The notes under the pieces: model-generated
Seen by the model: only the letters and a program-made list of their open reading frames with translations
Databases searched by the model: none
Told to the model about the DNA's origin: nothing
In this document: positions 36,075-38,278 of the stretch, piece by piece
Numbering within the stretch: position 1 is the first letter of the stretch
Layout: each line of letters starts with the position of its first letter
Program-made: the position numbers and the translations under genes
IMG/VR virus record: IMGVR_UViG_3300042210_000077
Coordinates: 1-38,278 of that record
Strand: one strand, 5' to 3'
Length of the DNA: 38,278 nucleotides
Origin: a virus
Taxonomy: Duplodnaviria > Caudoviricetes

Positions 36075-38278
36075 GGCAAAATTTTATTTTTTTCTTCATC
36101 AATGTATGTGATTTCAAAATCGTGTCTGCCTAATAATTGAGTTGCAATATATAATCCAAGTCCTCTTCCTTGCATACCCTTAGTTGAGTAAAATGGTTCG
36201 AAAATATAAGGTTGGTCATCAGCCTTAATACCTGGGCCATTATCAGCAAAAATCACTTTTGAATTTTCTTTATCAATTTTTATTGCAATCTCCTTATTTT
36301 CAGTATCAATTGTTTTTAACCAATAAATTGAATTGTCCAAAAGGTTAATGAAGGTTTGAAGCAAAACTGCCTCTGTGCAATTGACTGTAAAATTTTTTCC
36401 AATTTCTTCAACAAGGAAAGCAATATTATTCTCCTCTATAACTCCCTCGTAATATCTCTTTACATCGTTAATCACCACAATGATTTTTAAATCTTTACTC
36501 TGTCTTTTTGAAGACCTGAATATCGGCTGTATACCTTCAATTTGACTTTCTATGTAATTAATTTGACTGTGCAGTTTTTTGAGATTAGCATTCAAAATTT
36601 TTGGGTCGTAATTTTTTGATTCTGTCAATTCAATTACAGAACCTAAAGTTGCGTTTGCTCTTTGCATCATCATCATTAAATCATGTGATGCTGCTTCAAC
36701 AGCAATACCAACTGCTGCCAAATCTTCCGTAATTTCCGCTCTGTCTTTAAGATACTTTTTTTCGCTGATGTAGTTTTTGTAAATAACATCAAAAACCTTC
36801 GCGCCTTTTGAATCTTTTCTTTCAGTTAAATATTCTCTGAAACTTTCAAATTGATTCTGTGTGACAGATTCTTTAATCAAAGTAATTTTATTTTTTGCCT
36901 CAACTCCAAATCTGTATTTCTTGAATTCGTTTAATAGTAACCCAAGTATTCCCTGAATGATTGATTTGAAATCTTCAAAAGCATTTCCTATTTCTAACAA
37001 TCCTTCTCTATTTGTTTTGTCTTTAAGATTTGGGTTGTTTTCTGTTGAAATACCAATGAAACCTACAGTCTGGTCATTACTCAAATAATCTCCGGCGCGT
37101 CCTGTACCTCTTAAAATATCAACTTCCAACCAATCATCAACTTTATCTCCATAAGGAAAAACTCTCAATCCATCCCTGTACAAATAAATTCTATTGTTCT
37201 TAATGATCCGTTTTTCGTCAGTAAGCAACTTATATTTTATCGGAGCCTGATTAGTTAAGTCGTAAATATGAAACTGAAAAGTGAACTCCCCACACTCAGG
37301 CAGTCGCTTCATGCTTCTTCTTCCAGTTGCACAAAATCTTTTTCTGAACTCTTTTATTTCTAACAACCTTTCAAGATTTAATTCAATTACTGAGCCGTTT
37401 ACTTTGTAAGAAATCTTATTTTGCCCATCATATTTCCCATCTGTAATCTTAACGGGGGCTTTTGTCTGAAGTATTGTTAGCTCATTAGTGTAATCTTTGT
37501 CGTCCTTAAATTGACTTTCACCATTAACCAAAATTTCACAAATAAAAGTGTCGGTTTTTTTTGTGGTTACAGGATTATTAAGTTTTGAAATATCTGAAAG
37601 AATTGTCTCAATTTTTTCAAATGACCATTCACCTCTTAGATTGGTTATTCTGATTAGCGTTCCATTTGACACTCTCTTTTCTAACTTGCCTTTTATTAAA
37701 ATATTCTTCTCTACTATATCAATCGGTTTTATTCTTTTTTCATACAAATATTCTATTTGGTCAAGGTATTTGGGTGTAGATTGTTTTTTATCATCCTGAA
37801 TTAGTTCATCATCAAAAGCAGAAAGATCATTGATAAGAAGTATTTCCTTTTCATTCTTCTCAACAGATTTTGTCGTGAGTTCAATCGTAGTTCCCAACTT
37901 GTAAACAGCAAACCGACCAATCCCTTTTTCACCTTGGATAATTCTTTTCTTCTTAGTTAAATTATCACCTTCTTGCTTCTGAATAAATTTGTTTGGAGTA
38001 GCTGGGTTTAACCAGACATTTTCAATTGTGTTAAATGACATCCCTATTCCGTCATCTTCAATTTCAATACAAGAGTTTTTGTTTTTGATAAGTGTATTTT
38101 CGTCCTTATCAACTGTGAAATTTTTGAACCTAATCTGCACCCAATTGGCATCTGCATCATAGGAATTCTTTATCAACTCAATTAGGGCAACTTTCTCATT
38201 TTTTATGAGTTGGTCTCCTATCATAGTTAGAAGCCGTGCATAAGCCCTCGGTTTTAATATTCCTTTATCGTCTGCCAT
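36068..38278 (-). CDS. Host GHKL (MORC/HSP90-like) ATPase fused to histidine kinase; C-terminus clipped by the prophage
   Basis: ELIKNSYDADA, DDGIGM and GEKGIGRF; then ASHDL, NLLDNS, DNGPGI and GRGLGL; the stop codon lies inside the prophage end. Confidence 0.85.
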   Translation of the reverse strand: MADDKGILKPRAYARLLTMIGDQLIKNEKVALIELIKNSYDADANWVQIRFKNFTVDKDENTLIKNKNSCIEIEDDGIGMSFNTIENVWLNPATPNKFIQKQEGDNLTKKKRIIQGEKGIGRFAVYKLGTTIELTTKSVEKNEKEILLINDLSAFDDELIQDDKKQSTPKYLDQIEYLYEKRIKPIDIVEKNILIKGKLEKRVSNGTLIRITNLRGEWSFEKIETILSDISKLNNPVTTKKTDTFICEILVNGESQFKDDKDYTNELTILQTKAPVKITDGKYDGQNKISYKVNGSVIELNLERLLEIKEFRKRFCATGRRSMKRLPECGEFTFQFHIYDLTNQAPIKYKLLTDEKRIIKNNRIYLYRDGLRVFPYGDKVDDWLEVDILRGTGRAGDYLSNDQTVGFIGISTENNPNLKDKTNREGLLEIGNAFEDFKSIIQGILGLLLNEFKKYRFGVEAKNKITLIKESVTQNQFESFREYLTERKDSKGAKVFDVIYKNYISEKKYLKDRAEITEDLAAVGIAVEAASHDLMMMMQRANATLGSVIELTESKNYDPKILNANLKKLHSQINYIESQIEGIQPIFRSSKRQSKDLKIIVVINDVKRYYEGVIEENNIAFLVEEIGKNFTVNCTEAVLLQTFINLLDNSIYWLKTIDTENKEIAIKIDKENSKVIFADNGPGIKADDQPYIFEPFYSTKGMQGRGLGLYIATQLLGRHDFEITYIDEEKNKILPV

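Noticed and set aside
1-38278. tRNA or rRNA genes
   Set aside because: No cloverleaf or rRNA-like sequence was recognised in the intergenic gaps.

Overview
Positions 1 to about 36074 are most of a Mu-like (transposable) contractile-tailed prophage of a Bacteroidota host, probably Flavobacteriaceae (TAnnTTTG promoters, AT-rich translation starts). The gene order is: repressor and Ner/Cro-like switch with palindromic operators, DDE transposase, two ATPases, a string of small early genes, an inverted packaging block (terminases, portal, gpF/gpG-like), Clp protease-scaffold, capsid, sheath, tube, chaperones, tape measure, baseplate, fibres and dispersed lysis genes. At the position where Mu carries mom there is a Dam-like methylase plus a thymidylate-synthase homologue. 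The right end (...TACA at 36074, with 22-bp-spaced repeats) interrupts the last codons of an AT-rich host GHKL-ATPase/histidine-kinase gene; the left end lies outside the window. The most unusual items are: (1) the dam + TS-like operon, whose TS has the dCMP-type Asp and sits behind a structured leader with an antisense promoter; (2) an integrase-less array of integron-like cassettes with an attC-like hairpin in the early region; (3) a compact subtilisin-like domain inside the 1099-aa tail protein; (4) a probable -1 frameshift fusing the portal to the gpF-like protein. All family assignments come from reading motifs and synteny by eye; no database searches were run.
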